Shown here: piece after piece, positions 1-13,900 of the stretch
Numbering within the stretch: the stretch's first letter is position 1
Layout of the letters: every line of letters begins with the position of its first letter
Source: Negaprion brevirostris
Taxonomy: Eukaryota
Assembly (NCBI GenBank): GCA_030324005.1
Contig: JARDVH010000084.1
Span: 92,346,450-92,410,449, forward strand
Reading direction: 5' to 3'
DNA length: 64,000 nucleotides
Made by a program: the position numbers and the translations under genes
The notes under the pieces: model-generated
Told to the model about the DNA's origin: nothing
What the model saw: the letters and a program-made list of their open reading frames with translations, nothing else
The model's database searches: none

Positions 1-215
1 TCTCTCCTCATTAGCTAACCCCCTCATCTCCAGTATCAGCCTGGTGAACCTTCTCTGTACTCCCTCCAAGGCAAATATATCCTTTCGCAAATAAGGGGAC
101 CAAAATTGCACACAGTACTCCAGTTCCAGCCTCAACAGTGCCTTGTACAATTGCAGCAAGACCTTCCTGTTTTTATATTCTATTCCCCTCGCGATAAAGG
201 CCAACATGCCATTCT
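1..215 (-). mobile_element. CR1 LINE ORF2 C-terminal fragment
   Basis: Reverse complement encodes MLAFIARGIEYKNRKVLLQLYKALLRLELEYCVQFWSPYLRKD. Confidence 0.9.
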
Positions 216-1109
216 TGGCTTGTCAAGTCGACTTGTCAGGCTTACCTAAGTCGGAGGTAAATGTTTCCACTAAATACCTGGACCCTACTAAACACTGGCA
301 CCAGACGAGCAACACAGTCCTCTGTGCAATATTACAGTTTAATAGTTCATCCGAATTGTTCTACTTCAGGTCAAAATGTTCAAGTGTTCTGGAGCAGAGA
401 ACATCTGGTGCCTGTTTTGAATTTGCTGTTGGAAATCATTAGTCACTAGTTCGTGGAATCAGCAGCTAATTTACATTATGGATTTGATATCAGAATAATT
501 TCTGGTAACCCCAGTAATCCAATGTAAGCTCTGGACAATGTTCAACTAATTCTAATCCAACTAACGAAGAAAGTTTTGCCCACCGCTGTGATATGTGGAT
601 ATGCAACACAATACTTTTCTCCGGAATTATCAGTATTGGCAAAACAGACATTCATCTTGGAGATTTCTGGGCATATTGCCGTTGTCAATTTGTTTGCAAT
701 ACGTGTAACATCCGCCAAGATTACTAATTAGCCACTCAGAAAATCTGTGAGTTACCTGGCCACTTACGATAATTGGAAATAACGAATGTCCACCGTTTTA
801 ACAATGTTCATGAAAAAAATGCGTACCTCAAAGCACACTGTGGTTAGTTGCAAACTCAATAGCTGGCTCGACACTGGGTCATCAGGAAACTACAGTTTCA
901 GCATTGTCTTCTGATTGTTTTTAGCATTTGTGATCAAGTTCTGATTGGGACTTCAATTTTAAAAATAATAACTCACAAATGCGAATACGGTCACATTGAC
1001 CACGGCAGATATTAGTGCACTTTCTTACCTGCTTCTTTTTGGCGGATTAAGCTTTCTGCAAATATATTTAATAAAGACTGTTACCGATAATGTACGAGGT
1101 ATAAGCACA

Positions 1110-1560
1110 CATAGACATCGAAACACACAATTTGATCTGTCAAGCCCTCTACGAATTATAGTTCGATCATGATTGATCATCCTTTCCATCTCCATTTTCT
1201 GGAATTACCTCCATATCCCTTGATTTCAGTGGTATTCAGAAATCTACAGATTTCCTGACCAATTCTTAAACATGGAGATTCCATAACCACTTTGGCTGCA
1301 CATTCCGAAGATTCATGAACCCTTCAGGGAACACATTCATCCACATTTCAGCCCTAAACTGCTTGCTATTATTTCGAGGTTTTTTTTTTCCATCTTCTGA
1401 TCTGTTAATCGCTTCTAATTACATCGAGTGGGCAATTGTCATTAACATTTCAATCATGTCACGCACTGTATGGATTATGCAAGTTTAACGAATATCATGT
1501 TCCATCCCTCTAGAGTACATTTTCTCTAATCACATCTCATCACAAAATGACGCCTTTCTA
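1110..1560 (-). mobile_element. Degraded CR1 3' end
   Basis: Remnant motifs ccatatcccttgat, aaatcta and ttccgaagattc, typical of antisense CR1 3' ends. Confidence 0.5.
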
Positions 1561-2384
1561 AGGATTAATTTGATGAAATAGTGCCAAATCCCCTTTGTGC
1601 AATATAGTAATATATATAGTCACATCAAATAGCTGAAACTGTACAAAGTAATCACGTTGCCTTCTTTCAAACACAGAGACAAAAAATAACCCATTCATGT
1701 TCTTACAGAACTGTGAACCACTTGAGTTGAAGGATGACGCACCAAGAGTCTTTGTGTGTGTGTGTGTGTTTTTTTTGCTGCAGTTGTATGCCACCAGTGA
1801 GGCACACATGGACAATGTCAGCCTGATCCCATTGGATTGTAGTCCTTCGCAACGGCGTGGAATTTAAAGTAAAGTCTTACATTGTCTTTCCTCCAGAAAA
1901 CTGGGTGAAATCATGTTTGTTCGCAGAATCTTCCATCTGACATGCTCTGATCCCATGACTTAGATTGTGAAGTTAACATTGATTCTCCATTGCATTGTCC
2001 TTGTATCGTAAATTTCGTACTTGTATCACGAGAAAATATTGAAATAAAACACCTGATACAAATTTTAAAAGAAATCACATTATGTGATGAGCAGTGGGCC
2101 CAAGTGTTCTTCCTTGCCGGACAGATTTTCATTCTGAGAATGAATAATTTATTACTACTCTGCTTTCTGTCTTTTCAAAGATACCAAAAAAAAAATCTAA
2201 CTTCAAACCGATGTTTATTGTGTCAGACGTTCTCAAATTTGAACTCCGTTTCAGAAATCCAATGGTATGTTCAATCAGGTCGCAGGGTCAATTTAAGTGA
2301 CACAGTTAAATGCAAAATAAACATTGTTACTTCAACCTTCTAAACATTACGATTTCCTTTATGGAATTCATGGAATTCCGCGTT

Positions 2385-5036
2385 ATAAAGCCACAGAGTC
2401 CTGGAGCTACAAAGCACGGATTCTGGCCTTTCAGTTCAATTGGCCATTCTTTCCAACATGCAATCCCAGCCAATTCTATTTTCCTGCACTTGGCCCACAT
2501 CCCTCTAATTGTTTCCCAAGCGTATAAGTATCCAAATGCTCTTTAAATATTGCTATTGGACCTCCCTCAAAAACTTTGTCTGGCAGCTCAGTCTATATAC
2601 ACAGCATTCTCCGTGTGAAGCGTGGAGTTAGTGCATAGTAGTTTGTTACATAAGGTGAAATCTCAAGGGATCCAGGGCAAGGTATCTAAATGGATACAAA
2701 ATTGGCTCCTTGACTGAAGCCAGAAGGTGGTTGTGGAGGGTTATTTTTCAAGCTGCACGTCTGTGGTCAGCAATGTGTCTGAGGTATCAGTACTGGGTCC
2801 ACTGTTATTTGCTATTTATATTAATTACTCGGATGAGTACATAGGAGGGATGATTAGTGAGTTTGCAGATGACCCCAAGATTGGTGGTGCAGTGGATAGT
2901 GAATGAAATGTTCCCCGATTGTAACGGGATCTTGATTAATTGGGCCAAAGAGCTGGCGAATAGCAGAAGTAGTTTATTTTAGATAATTACAAGATGATGC
3001 ATTTTGGTAGATTGAATTTGGCTAGGAATTACTCGGTTAATGGCAGGGCGTTGGGAAGAGTTACAGACCAAAGGGACTGAGGGATATATGTTCATAATTC
3101 CTTGAAAGTAGAGTCACAGGTGGACAGAGTGGTGAAGAATGCATCCAGCATGTTTGATCTCATTGGTTAAAATATTGAATACTGGATTTGGGATGTCTTG
3201 TTGAAGTTATACGAGGCATTGGGAAGGCCACATTTGGAATACCGTGTACAGTCCTGGTCACCTTATTATAGAAAGAATGATATTATCAAACTAGAAAGAG
3301 CACAGAAAAGGTTCACTGGCATGCTACCCGGACTTGATGGTTTGAGCTATAAGGAGAGGTTGGATAGACAGAGATTTTTTCCTCTGAGCACAGAAGGCTA
3401 AGTGATGATCTTCTAGAGGTCCATGAAATAATGAAGGGCAGAGATCAGCGAGATAGTCAATATTTTCCCCAAAGGTAGGGAAGTCTAAAACTAGAAGGCA
3501 TAGGTTTAAGGTGAGAGGGGAAAGATACAAAAGTGCCCGGATTGGCATTTTTTTCACACAGTGGGTGGGGAGTGACTGGAACAAGGTGCTAGAGGTAGTA
3601 TAGAGGGGGGTACATTTTTTAAAAACATTTAGAAAGACAAATGGGTAAGATTGGTATGGAGGGGTATTGGCCAAATGTTGGCAATTGGGATTAGTTTAGG
3701 GTTTAAAAACAGGTGGCATGGACAAGTTGGACCGAAGGGTCTGTTTCCATGAAATATACCTCTGTGACTCTATGAATCAGTTGCCCCTCAAGCCCTATCG
3801 CTATTGTCTCCCGTCACCTTAAACCTAAGCCGTAAGGTTTTCATTGTTTTCTTTCCTCAGGCAATGATGACGTGCTTCCACCCTGTCTATGTCCCTCATC
3901 ATTTTATACATGCCAGCAAGATCACTACCCATTTCCCTTCATTTCAAGGAATAAAGTCCGAAATTAGCTAAACACTCGCGATATTTCCGGCCCACTAGTA
4001 AAAGCAAAATCTTCGTTGACCAGTGGCTTCCATATAACAGAGTGCACGCATCTGTGTTCCGCAGTCCAAGTTTGACATTAACAACGGCTTATACCACTAC
4101 AACGTAATGCCTCAAATCCTATCTTTAATTCCCTGACTGTTGGGGGGTGGGGGGAGCGGTTTGCTAAACGCCTTCTTCACCTCCCTATCTAGCTGTGAGG
4201 CTGCTTCCATGAACTATGTAATTTTACTTTGTGGTCTTTGTGTTCCTCAACATAATCCAAGGTGCTACCATTCAGTATATCAGTTCTCTAGAGTTTGGCT
4301 TTCCAAAATACAACTGCTCACAAATATCTATATTTCAATCCACTTGCCAATACTTGTCTTACGTCCGTAACTGGTGATGGTTATCCTGCATTTTTTGATA
4401 AAATTCTTCACTATCAACAAATGTCCGAAGTTTGTATCATCTGCACAATTACCAACCAAGTCGAGTGTATTCACATCCAAATCATTAAATCAATACCAAA
4501 CAGCAAGGGTCTGAGCACTGAGCCCTAATACATACCACTAATCACCGTCATTCAGTCCGAGAAATATATTTTAAAAAAAATCCTCGACCATTAATTTATT
4601 TTCCTGGCAGCGAGCCAATTTTAAATCGAATTAGCTAGCTGCTACTAGATCCCACGCCAGCTACTGTCTACACTAGCCTGACATGCGGAACCTTCGCACA
4701 GGCTTGCTTAAGTCCAAGTAGAAAACTCTCATATCTTCACCCACCCCCTTGGTCACCTTTCTGAAAATCTCGAAAAGATTAAGCAGACATGATTTCCAAC
4801 GCACAAAGCCGTGCAAACATTGACTATTCAAATGTTGGTAGATCGTGTCCCCAGACTTAGTTAAGTCACTTAACCAACACTGAAATCAGGTTTACAGGGC
4901 TGCAATTCCCTGGCTTATCTTTGCTACACTTCTATAAGAAAGGGAAAAAAAAACATTAGCCACCCTCCAGTCTTCGAACCTTTTACCAGTGGAACCTAGA
5001 AACAAATATGGGCCTCTGCAATTTCTTACCTCGCCT
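2385..5036 (-). mobile_element. Old CR1 LINE (3' end to RT), interrupted at ~2621-3775
   Basis: Antisense 3' tail at 2385-2620 resumes at 3776 (gttgcccctc..ccttaaacct); RT remnants such as tttgtatcatctgcac. Confidence 0.8.
2621..3775 (+). mobile_element. Younger 5'-truncated CR1 LINE (RT to 3' tail)
   Basis: SVLGPLLFAIYIN..SEFADDPKIGG; LYEALGRPHLEYRVQSWSPYY; tail ctctgtgactctatga. Confidence 0.95.
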
Positions 5037-5559
5037 NNNNNNNNNNNNNNNNNNNNNNNNNNNNNNNNNNNNNNNNNNNNNNNNNNNNNNNNNNNNNNNN
5101 NNNNNNNNNNNNNNNNNNNNNNNNNNNNNNNNNNNNACCTCGCCTCCCAGAGGTTCTAAGGATGCACTTGATCATGCCCGGGTGAATTATCCACGCGAGT
5201 GCGATTTAATGTGCAAATGCCTCCTCCCTAAAACAAAAATGCGCGTGGCCGAGGAAATGAAAATGGAAACAAAAGAAGGATGACCATTGCAGCCATATTT
5301 GAAAGCGCCACCTTTAGGATAATGTGAGTGTTTGCAGATGACACTTCAAAGGAAAAAGATTGAACGGACCGATTAACCGATTATTACATTGCTCAAATAT
5401 CCCCGAGGATACACAATAAAACGTGTATCGTTTATACTCTTTGCCATATAAATGTTGATAAACTGCAATCAGAAAATATTAAAATCCTGTATCTATCCAC
5501 TCAATCACATACATTTTGATTTTTTAAAATTGGTCTGACATTGCACAGTAGGAAAAAAA

Positions 5560-5762
5560 AAACAGACGAAGTTTTTGGACGACAATTCTATGCTGCGAGT
5601 TGTGTTCGAACTGCTTCACGGGTACAGTTACTGCGACCAAATAAAAATAGGAAACTGCCTTTCGTTTAAAATGAATTACTTGTTCAGTTTCAAGTGATGA
5701 GAGATGTTTCAACTGTTCGTAATATGACAATGAAGGACAAGGATGTGTGATTTCTACTGCAT
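5560..5762 (-). pseudogene. Ferlin probable last exon: transmembrane tail
   Basis: Acceptor TTTTTTGTTCTCAG|; hydrophobic ILVL/IVIL then Y..TVP..IVVQKL vs YSVPGYLVKKI. Confidence 0.45.
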
Positions 5763-6559
5763 CTGAGAACAAAAAAACACGTAATATTCCATCTAAAACA
5801 TTCGAACAGAGGACAAAACATAACTTCAACATTAGACAATTGGTATCAATTGTCATAAATATATTGACGGCTTAACTTCTTGGGGAAGTTTCAGCTAATC
5901 GTCGCTCTCCTGGATTGCAGACCAATGCTCTCTGGCCACGTCATGTCAGGCGAAAACAATTGAATTGACAACGAAACATAATGCCTCATTATGATCAAAA
6001 GGCAGTTGTCGATTGTCTTGAAATTCATGTACTTTGAGGGCAACGAGTCCTGGTTCAGCCAGAGATAGATATTGATAGACATGGGTATGAAAATCCAGAC
6101 ACAGTCCCGTCATGATTAAACATGTCCGTATGGGACCACAAGATAGTGCTCATCTAGGGAGACAGGACACTGAGGTTGGAGTGTTTCACCCAATCTGGCC
6201 ACTGCCTTGTTGTTAAAAATTAGATTCATAAAACAATTTCCAATTGAATTGTCAACTTGTTTTGCCTGCATGAAACATTTTTTGCATTTGTCACAACACC
6301 GGTTTTATGAAGCAAAACTAGATTTCAACCTGCAGCACATTGCCTTTGCAGGCATCGTTTCAAAATTGGTCAAGGAATGATTTTGCTGATTGCCGAAACT
6401 ATCGGTATTATAGTGACTCGAATCTCTTGAGCACCAAAAAAAAAAATCTCAACGAGCCTTATTTAAGGACAGAAAATTCAAGCCTGGCGCAAAATTTCAA
6501 GTTACTTCATTAATTTGATTTGTACCAATGACCCAGGTTGGTGAATTAGAAAGGCATCA

Positions 6560-6830
6560 ATTGTGTTCATGGTAGCTCTCAGTTTAGAAGGAGTTCTTTA
6601 AGGAAGTTGAGCGTTTTTCTGCAACGCTTATTGAAAATCACTGTTCTGATTGATCGGCAAGGGAGTCAATGTTGAAAACAGTGGATGCGTTGCCAAACCA
6701 GTTAGCGTCCTTCCCTTCCAATGTGGGAAGCTTCTTGACTGCTGTTAGAGCCACAATCATCCAGGAAATATGAATGCATTGCATTAAAAACGTGTCTTAT
6801 GCCTTGTAAAAATGGAGAACGTTGTCAATC
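6560..6830 (-). mobile_element. Degraded LINE fragment (CR1/L2 group), same family as 61730-62760
   Basis: agcttcttgactgctgttagagccacaatcatccagg is antisense to the element at ~62280-62350. Confidence 0.55.
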
Positions 6831-7399
6831 ATCTACAAGACTGGTGTAGTTAAATTATTGCTCATTTCTTAAACCCCGAGGTGTTGGAAGGAGATGCTCA
6901 ACCATAGAAATAGTTAAGGTCATAGCACATACATTTTCTTCATTTCTTCAAATCAGAGATTTTGCGTGTGGCAGTCAGTTAGTTATCTTTAAACATTCCT
7001 ATATCGCTTATGTGCTGGGAATAGAACGATTGGCTTCGAAAAAACACCACCATTATGTTAATCTATTTTGTCAATTTTCACAAACAGGCTTTAATGCTGT
7101 CAACGATCCTGGAGAAATTCAATTTCGGCGCCTTGAAACAAATTTTGCACGACATTCTTTCTTCGGTAACATTCTTAAATCCACCATATAGTGAGCACTT
7201 TGGTGATGAATCTGCGTAGACCGACGGCTCTTATACACATTACGATTGGATTGCTGAGCTTTTGTTAAGCATTGAATACCTGGAAATGTTTCAAATTACC
7301 AGGTGGATGCACGTCATTCTTATACTTCGTCAGACATTGGACTGCGTTGAGCAACAATGGACTTTCAGAAAACTACTAGGATTTGTACCCTTTCTCATG

Positions 7400-7748
7400 A
7401 CCTTTACGTCCAATGCATTAACTATGTTGTAGATTTCACATGGATAAATGTCACTGAATAAATCAAAACATAACTGGTAATTGTGATGCTGGGGACTTCT
7501 CAAATATGGTGAGTTGCATTTCCATTTCCTCATCCATTGTCCAATGGGTCTTTCTGCAATTGTGACATTGTTCCTTTGATGTCAGGTATCTCAGCAAGCT
7601 CCTCTTCCATCTTATCCTAAGTCGCACTTTTTGCTTGGTAAAGTCAGAATGAATGTGCACGTGTAGTACCATTTCCAGGCCACTGAATCCGTGTTGACAA
7701 GCCGTTCATTAATAAAGCCAAATATTGAGCTTCAGAAATATCTGAAAC
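7400..7748 (-). pseudogene. Ferlin exon: C-terminal juxtamembrane segment
   Basis: Acceptor TGTGTTTTATAG|; GKMEEELEILTSKEHAERPIGQGRKWKCNSPYLRSP after removing 7 insertions, vs dysferlin [36 protein letters not shown]; 3' end approximate. Confidence 0.8.
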
Positions 7749-8799
7749 CTATAAAACACACATGATGTATTGTAAATGTTTGAACAATTTCTCCTCACAC
7801 CCTTTTCTTTGTACGGATGCATATGCAGACCAAGAGTGCATTGCTAAACTTTAAGAATCCGATTTAAATACTGTCTCATTATACCATATTGTGTTAACGT
7901 GTCCAGAATATTCTGGAGAACACATTAATAAGCCTGCCTAACAACGATAATAATATCGTGTGATCATATTTCCGTACCATACTGTTCGATCTTTTTGTTC
8001 AATTTTCCAATTTCTGGAAAAAAAAAACAGAGGACTTTTATCCTTATTTCGGCGAATGAACTGAATTTTGTTTCACATGAAATTCCAAATTTATTGCACC
8101 AATTTTCAGCTCTGCAATTTCGAAATCATTTTAATGAAAAGCTGAAGTTTTCATCGTCTTCTAATAAGAAATAGCCTTGAGCAATGTGCTAATTTTATGA
8201 AGAGTACTTCGTGCCTTTTTGCGCCATGTTTTGATGTAAATTTCAACGCTTTTTTTGGAATCATGACGGAATACTTATCAGTGGGACCTATTGTCGAGAA
8301 TTATCACTGCCAATACGCCACACACACAAAATAATTACCTAACATTTTAGTTTTCGCTGATTTTAATGCCTAGAACTACCCCCAGTGCAAATTAAAATGT
8401 CTGATCACTGTATATAGGGAATATATCGTTTTGATCGTGTTGCTGCTTGAAAATTGGAAAGACGCACCTCGCTGCCTGTGCTACATATATTGGACTTGGT
8501 GGTTACTATATATATATATATATATATGCATATATTTATATAAAACATTGCTAAATTTACCAATATGTTTCACCAATTTCATGGTCATTCTACCTGCTAA
8601 CCCTATTAGCCAATGCAACAAAAACTTCTTTCTTTGATATTGGTTAATGTTTGTTTCCTTAAATATATTCGCACTGTCAATGTCAATATTTCAACAGCTA
8701 ACTTTTTTTTTGCGGGGGAACATGACAGCGTAGATAGGATGAAGGTTCAGCTGATTATATTATGATACATATCGGGAGTTCACATACTTAAAATTATGT

Positions 8800-9055
8800 G
8801 CAAAAGAATCAAATGTGCTACGCAAGTTTTTTTTTCATGCAATGAGGGGTTCTGGTCTGAAAGCACAACTTGGAAATGTGGTGGAGGGGTATCAATCAAG
8901 GAATTTAATAGGGAATTTAATGATTGCATCAATGGAAACAATGTGTACAGTTATGGGAATAAGACCACAGAACTGAGCTATGATGCACCTTTGGACTGAC
9001 ACGATGGAACAAATGTTCATAATTGATTCCATAAGAAATCCATGACTCTATGTTT
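8800..9055 (+). mobile_element. Degraded CR1 3' end
   Basis: FF..RV..WN-type remnant and tail ccatgactctatg. Confidence 0.6.
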
Positions 9056-10201
9056 CTGAAAAAGCAAGCCTAACATGTTGAAATGGTCGATATTTGATAT
9101 GTTTTTATATTTAATTCAATCTATATTACTTAAATATATATTTTTGTCGTCTAATTTTACTGTCTTACAAGGTGATTACATATACGTAGCGCAAAGTTGT
9201 GGAGAAACCGCCAATAGTTCTTGAATGCCCGCCTTGGTCTAATGCACGCGGACAAGAAAATTGTTGTTGACCATTATTACCCAGTTCAAACTGAGTGACA
9301 TATGAATAAAACTTCTTGGAATGCACTCTGGTTTGAATCTCCATGATGCTTGTTTTGTATATTCAGCGTCCCCATAATCATCAAGTTTTTTTTTTAAATA
9401 GTTAAATTGCTCTTCAGTTAAGAAAATGTATTTGAAAAATAGGATGGTACAGTATCATAACGCGTACGTCTGTGTTGTCACTCGAAACATTGTGCCACAG
9501 TGCGACATTCATTGGCTAATAAGTTCAATGGAACAACATTGGCCCTGTTGAGTCCTAAGACTGACACAATTACACATAGATATTCAAACTAATTTACCAA
9601 CGTCTTTTGCAAGCATCTGTCTCACTGTAAGAGGGATCAAAGTATCAGAACATTAATTATCAGGAGATGATAGTTGTAGGACCATACGGCTTCAAGAACA
9701 AGAATGATTCTTCAGTTTTAGTTTCGCATGCAAAAAATGCATAATATTAAGCTAATAATCATTTTGCAAATGCATAAGAATACTTGTTTATGTATTTTTT
9801 TAAAATTACAATCACTGACAAGCCTGGTATAATCAATTGTTACTGAATACCTATTCATGTTTCGAGATGCAAGTGTTACGCTTCAAAATAGTGCTCTCTT
9901 GTTCTTCAAGATGCTGAACGCAAGTGGCAGATATTCGTCATCTGTAGTAACTGTGACCCTATTATATCCAAACATATTATTAATAGAGGAATGATTCTAG
10001 GTAATATTCTCGAGGAACAAAAATGTTATTTAGATTCATTCTTCTATTAATAATATGTTTGGATATAATAGGGTCACAGTTCTAGCAATAATATTTCACT
10101 CGAATTATGTCTGTTTAAACTTAATAAATTGCCGATAGACGTTTGCTAGAATAATCTTTAATATACCCGTTTCTGTTGCGTGTTTGTGCTTTTATTTCCA
10201 C

Positions 10202-10325
10202 CCAGTGTAATTACTACATCCGCGCTTTTGGATTATCTGAGAAGCTCAGCAGTTGTTCCTATTCTTCTGCAAGTTACTCCTTGAAAAGTCGCGTTCCCAT
10301 GTTCAGGGCTGGAAACCACTGCCAC
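10202..10325 (-). pseudogene. Ferlin exon: end of C2F
   Basis: Acceptor TTTCTGTTCCTGCAG|GT completes a phase-1 Gly as in FLG|; LN..RL..SDNPKA.CS vs LNRFPRGAKTAKQC. Confidence 0.55.
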
Positions 10326-10374
10326 CTGCAGGAACAGAAATGCGTCACTGGAGGGAATGTAAGATGCAAGGCAT

Positions 10375-10600
10375 GACTACTCAAAGGAAAATAGAAGCCG
10401 TAAATATATGAGTTCTTTGATGGAGCCTGGGAATCCTTACCCTCCAGAATTCTAGGCGATTCTCCCAATCGTCTCTGCACCAACCCTCGCTATGACGCTG
10501 CGTCTGAATGATCAATCATGGCTAATACACCAAACGTACACATCTTTGGGGACTAAGGGACAATTTTGCATGGCCAATCGATTTAATTACACATTTCTGG
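10375..10600 (-). mobile_element. V-SINE (HE1-like) fragment
   Basis: cacatctttggggactaagggacaattttgcatggccaatc motif. Confidence 0.55.
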
Positions 10601-10989
10601 GACCTCCAGAGCTGCGATTCCTTGAATCACAGGCGTGTAAGATAAGGGCATCTCATAGCATACTATAGCAATGTAATACTAATTCATTATTATTGTTACT
10701 TTCATGCTGCGTGGGCTTTGCTGGCAAAAAAAACAGCATTCATTTTGACCAAAGTAGATGCTGACTATCTTCGCTGATCCAGCGGTACAATTGGCCTTAG
10801 CATGGCTAAAACGCTACGAGGAAGTTACATCCAGGACAGTGGACTTTAGTTAGAACAACAAATATGATACCCACCTTCCCTGTTCACAGCCATTAAAAAG
10901 ATTACAAGTGCAGCGGCGGTGGGCAGAAAACATGTAAGACATATGTTGTGGGCAAAGCGATGTGATTCCACAAGTGACGAATCGGGTGA

Positions 10990-13900
10990 ATACTCTTCTG
11001 GCGTAACTCATCGAGTCGTGATGTAACTATATGCAATGCAAATTGATTATTTCAGAGAGATTTTCTGGATATGGTAGTTTGTACACCTCTGAATTTAACG
11101 AAATCCCATGCAGAACTCAGAAGTGCCTTATTGTTTTTGCCACATAGCTAACTGCTCCGATGGATTTATGATAATATTATCGAACGGCAACGTGAATATA
11201 AACAAACCGGCAAGTCATTCAAGAGAAAAAAATTACAGTGAACATTTGTTGTTCGTAAAAAAAGTGGTGCAGCTGCTGCTTCGTTTTCTGGCTATCTATA
11301 AACACCACATTTATTTAGTTCCCAATTGGTTCGTCCTTGGATTTCTGTTGTCATTCGAAACTGCTTGAGTTTAAAATGATACTGGTCAATTGCCCTCAAA
11401 AATGTTGAGCATTCGTTTGCCAGTACTGAAAATTGTGTTCGGCAGTATTTTTTAAGTAAATCAAACGATGTGTTGAAACTCCGTTTTCCAACTTTTAATA
11501 CAGTCTTCTAATTGAGAAATGTAATGCGAATCCGACTTTGTAACAGTATTGACTTTTCTGTGATCAATAATTATTCGTTCTGTGGCGTCTGACATTCGTA
11601 CTGGCGATATTATTCAGCACCAATCGTCACAGTTTTATTTAAACATATATTTTCAAAATATACAAACTCCGTTTGAACCTGTTCCTTTTTTTTAGATTGA
11701 GTTCGTAAGAATGTTGCTTCATTGGAACAGCTATCCTACACATATGCCATGATAAAAAAAATGCTGCTTCCTAGACTGTCCCCAATTATAGGGTCGTTTG
11801 ATTGCAGTGACTTTTTTTCAGGTCTTTTTACCTCGGAAGTCTAATGCTTTGGTTTATCCTAATTTCTGACTACTTCACGATTGTCCAGTTGATTTTGCGG
11901 AATGAGAAACTTTGACTCATTGGATTTGATTTTTAATTCTGAGTTGTTGCAAGTAACACATCTTCCTCCTGCATTCTGTCTATATCAAAATATCCTTTCA
12001 ACATAGTGTCATGGCGCAGTCTGTGAAATTCCTTTTTATCTAGCTTTCTAATTAAATCATTCACTTCATTTAATTTTGAACTGATAAGGCCCCATAAACT
12101 ATGTATTCATTGTTAATTTACCGCTGGGAATGATATTTTCTTCCCACCATTAATACCCTAATATTGTTATCTATCGTCTGCATTCTCTTTCATCACATGT
12201 AAGGCAACGTGTATATATCGTACTGACAAATAACCAGTCCTATTTAATCCTAACAGATATTTTGACGCAATCGCCAACAATGTGATCCCTGAGCACTGAC
12301 TCAGGAACCAATCCATGATTAGTTTATGTGACTCAGTTTTCTCATCAACAAAACTTCAATTCAAAATAACTGAATTTGTTCCTGAGGTGCATGCCTAATT
12401 ATAAGTAACATAAATGTAATCAATTTTCCGCAATCCTCTGGATACTCCTAATATTGGCCCTGAACATAGTCTCCCTGACATACTGAATGATAAACAAGTA
12501 AATGAATGAATTTACTTTAAAACTGCCAATAACGCCCTTGAATAACTGCCACGTAATTTTTTAACCTTCATTTGATTGGATTTCGGTGGGCAGTCTGTAT
12601 ATAGTACATAAATGAAGTGAGCCTTTTACAATCCTTATTTCTGTAGGTTTAGGTAATGACATGGCCCTGGAAATCTAGCAGACACATTCATTTTTGGCAA
12701 ACAATAAGTAATTCCTACGCAGTGTCACGCAATCATTTAGGACCCCAGTGAAATGCAAGAATGTGTACTAAGGATGTCGGATGACTTTTTTTTTCATTTC
12801 CTGAAATGTGCCGCATATACCACGTAATTCAATCACGTGCTTATGCAGTTCCAGCCGATGTTTTTTTCCAGCATTTCTCCTTGCGTTTTCCTTTCTCAAA
12901 AACGGCATCCGTTTGCAACTGCATGTCTAATCTGCAAAACCTCATTTCTATCACTCACTGATAATTAAACATGATAAAATTCTGGCCATTTATCATGTAG
13001 GGGAATATGTAACTGTCTCCACTTTCTAATTTTAACATTACTTTTAATGCAGTGCATTCTAATAATTTATTCGTATTCTCCTTTCTCAGCTTTCAATTAC
13101 TTTATCTATACTTCTATTTAATTCTGTCTACTTTCCTGTATTCAAGAAATTCATTTAACCTCTATCAGTGTTTGTTATCGTTATGAAACATCTTGTCAAA
13201 TACTGTTTCTGATAACTGAACCACCGTCTCGTTATGTTTAATGGGCAATGTTTCCCCCTTATGTATCAAGATGTGGCTTTGCGAACTTGTTTCCACACCG
13301 TCGGACATCACAGAATATGCTACCTGCAACACCTCTGTTGTTTCATTGTCCGCTGATATTTGATCCAGATTAGCCATCACCTCTGACAGTGACGCAGCTA
13401 TACTGTTCCTCATTGTAAATTGAATCCCTGAAAGAAGTCATTCCTCTGTTACTACTAACAACATATTAGCAATTACCATCGAACGCATCTGTTATAACTT
13501 ACATGGTGAAACATCACCCTCCTCCCCCACTAATTGTACTTAATAACATTTTTTCTTGCCGTACTCATTCGGAACTGCATATCACCTCATCTCTCACCAT
13601 TAGCAATTGATTTGCTTCTGTCTGCTATAATATCATAAGCTATTTACTAATCAACCTTGCATATATATTTAAATTACCACATACACAAAATAAATTAAAA
13701 TGTCTGACATCCGCTTATCATCTATCCTCAGAATAGTCAGTGAATTACTTTCCACATCATCAGCTTCAGTTTCAGAGTCATTTGCCTATTTCCCAAACTC
13801 CAAGAGCTTAACTAATTTCCAGTCAGTTTTCCCAACAATGTCCTTAATACAGGAATATTGCGATGTTGTGCCCGAATGTATTACAATGACAAGATTCAAT

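Noticed and set aside
5860-6300. LTR-like segment
   Set aside because: No TSD or second copy could be confirmed by eye.
7690-7748. In-frame TGA near the exon start as possible selenocysteine
   Set aside because: No SECIS evidence, and TAA/TAG stops and frameshifts occur throughout the gene.
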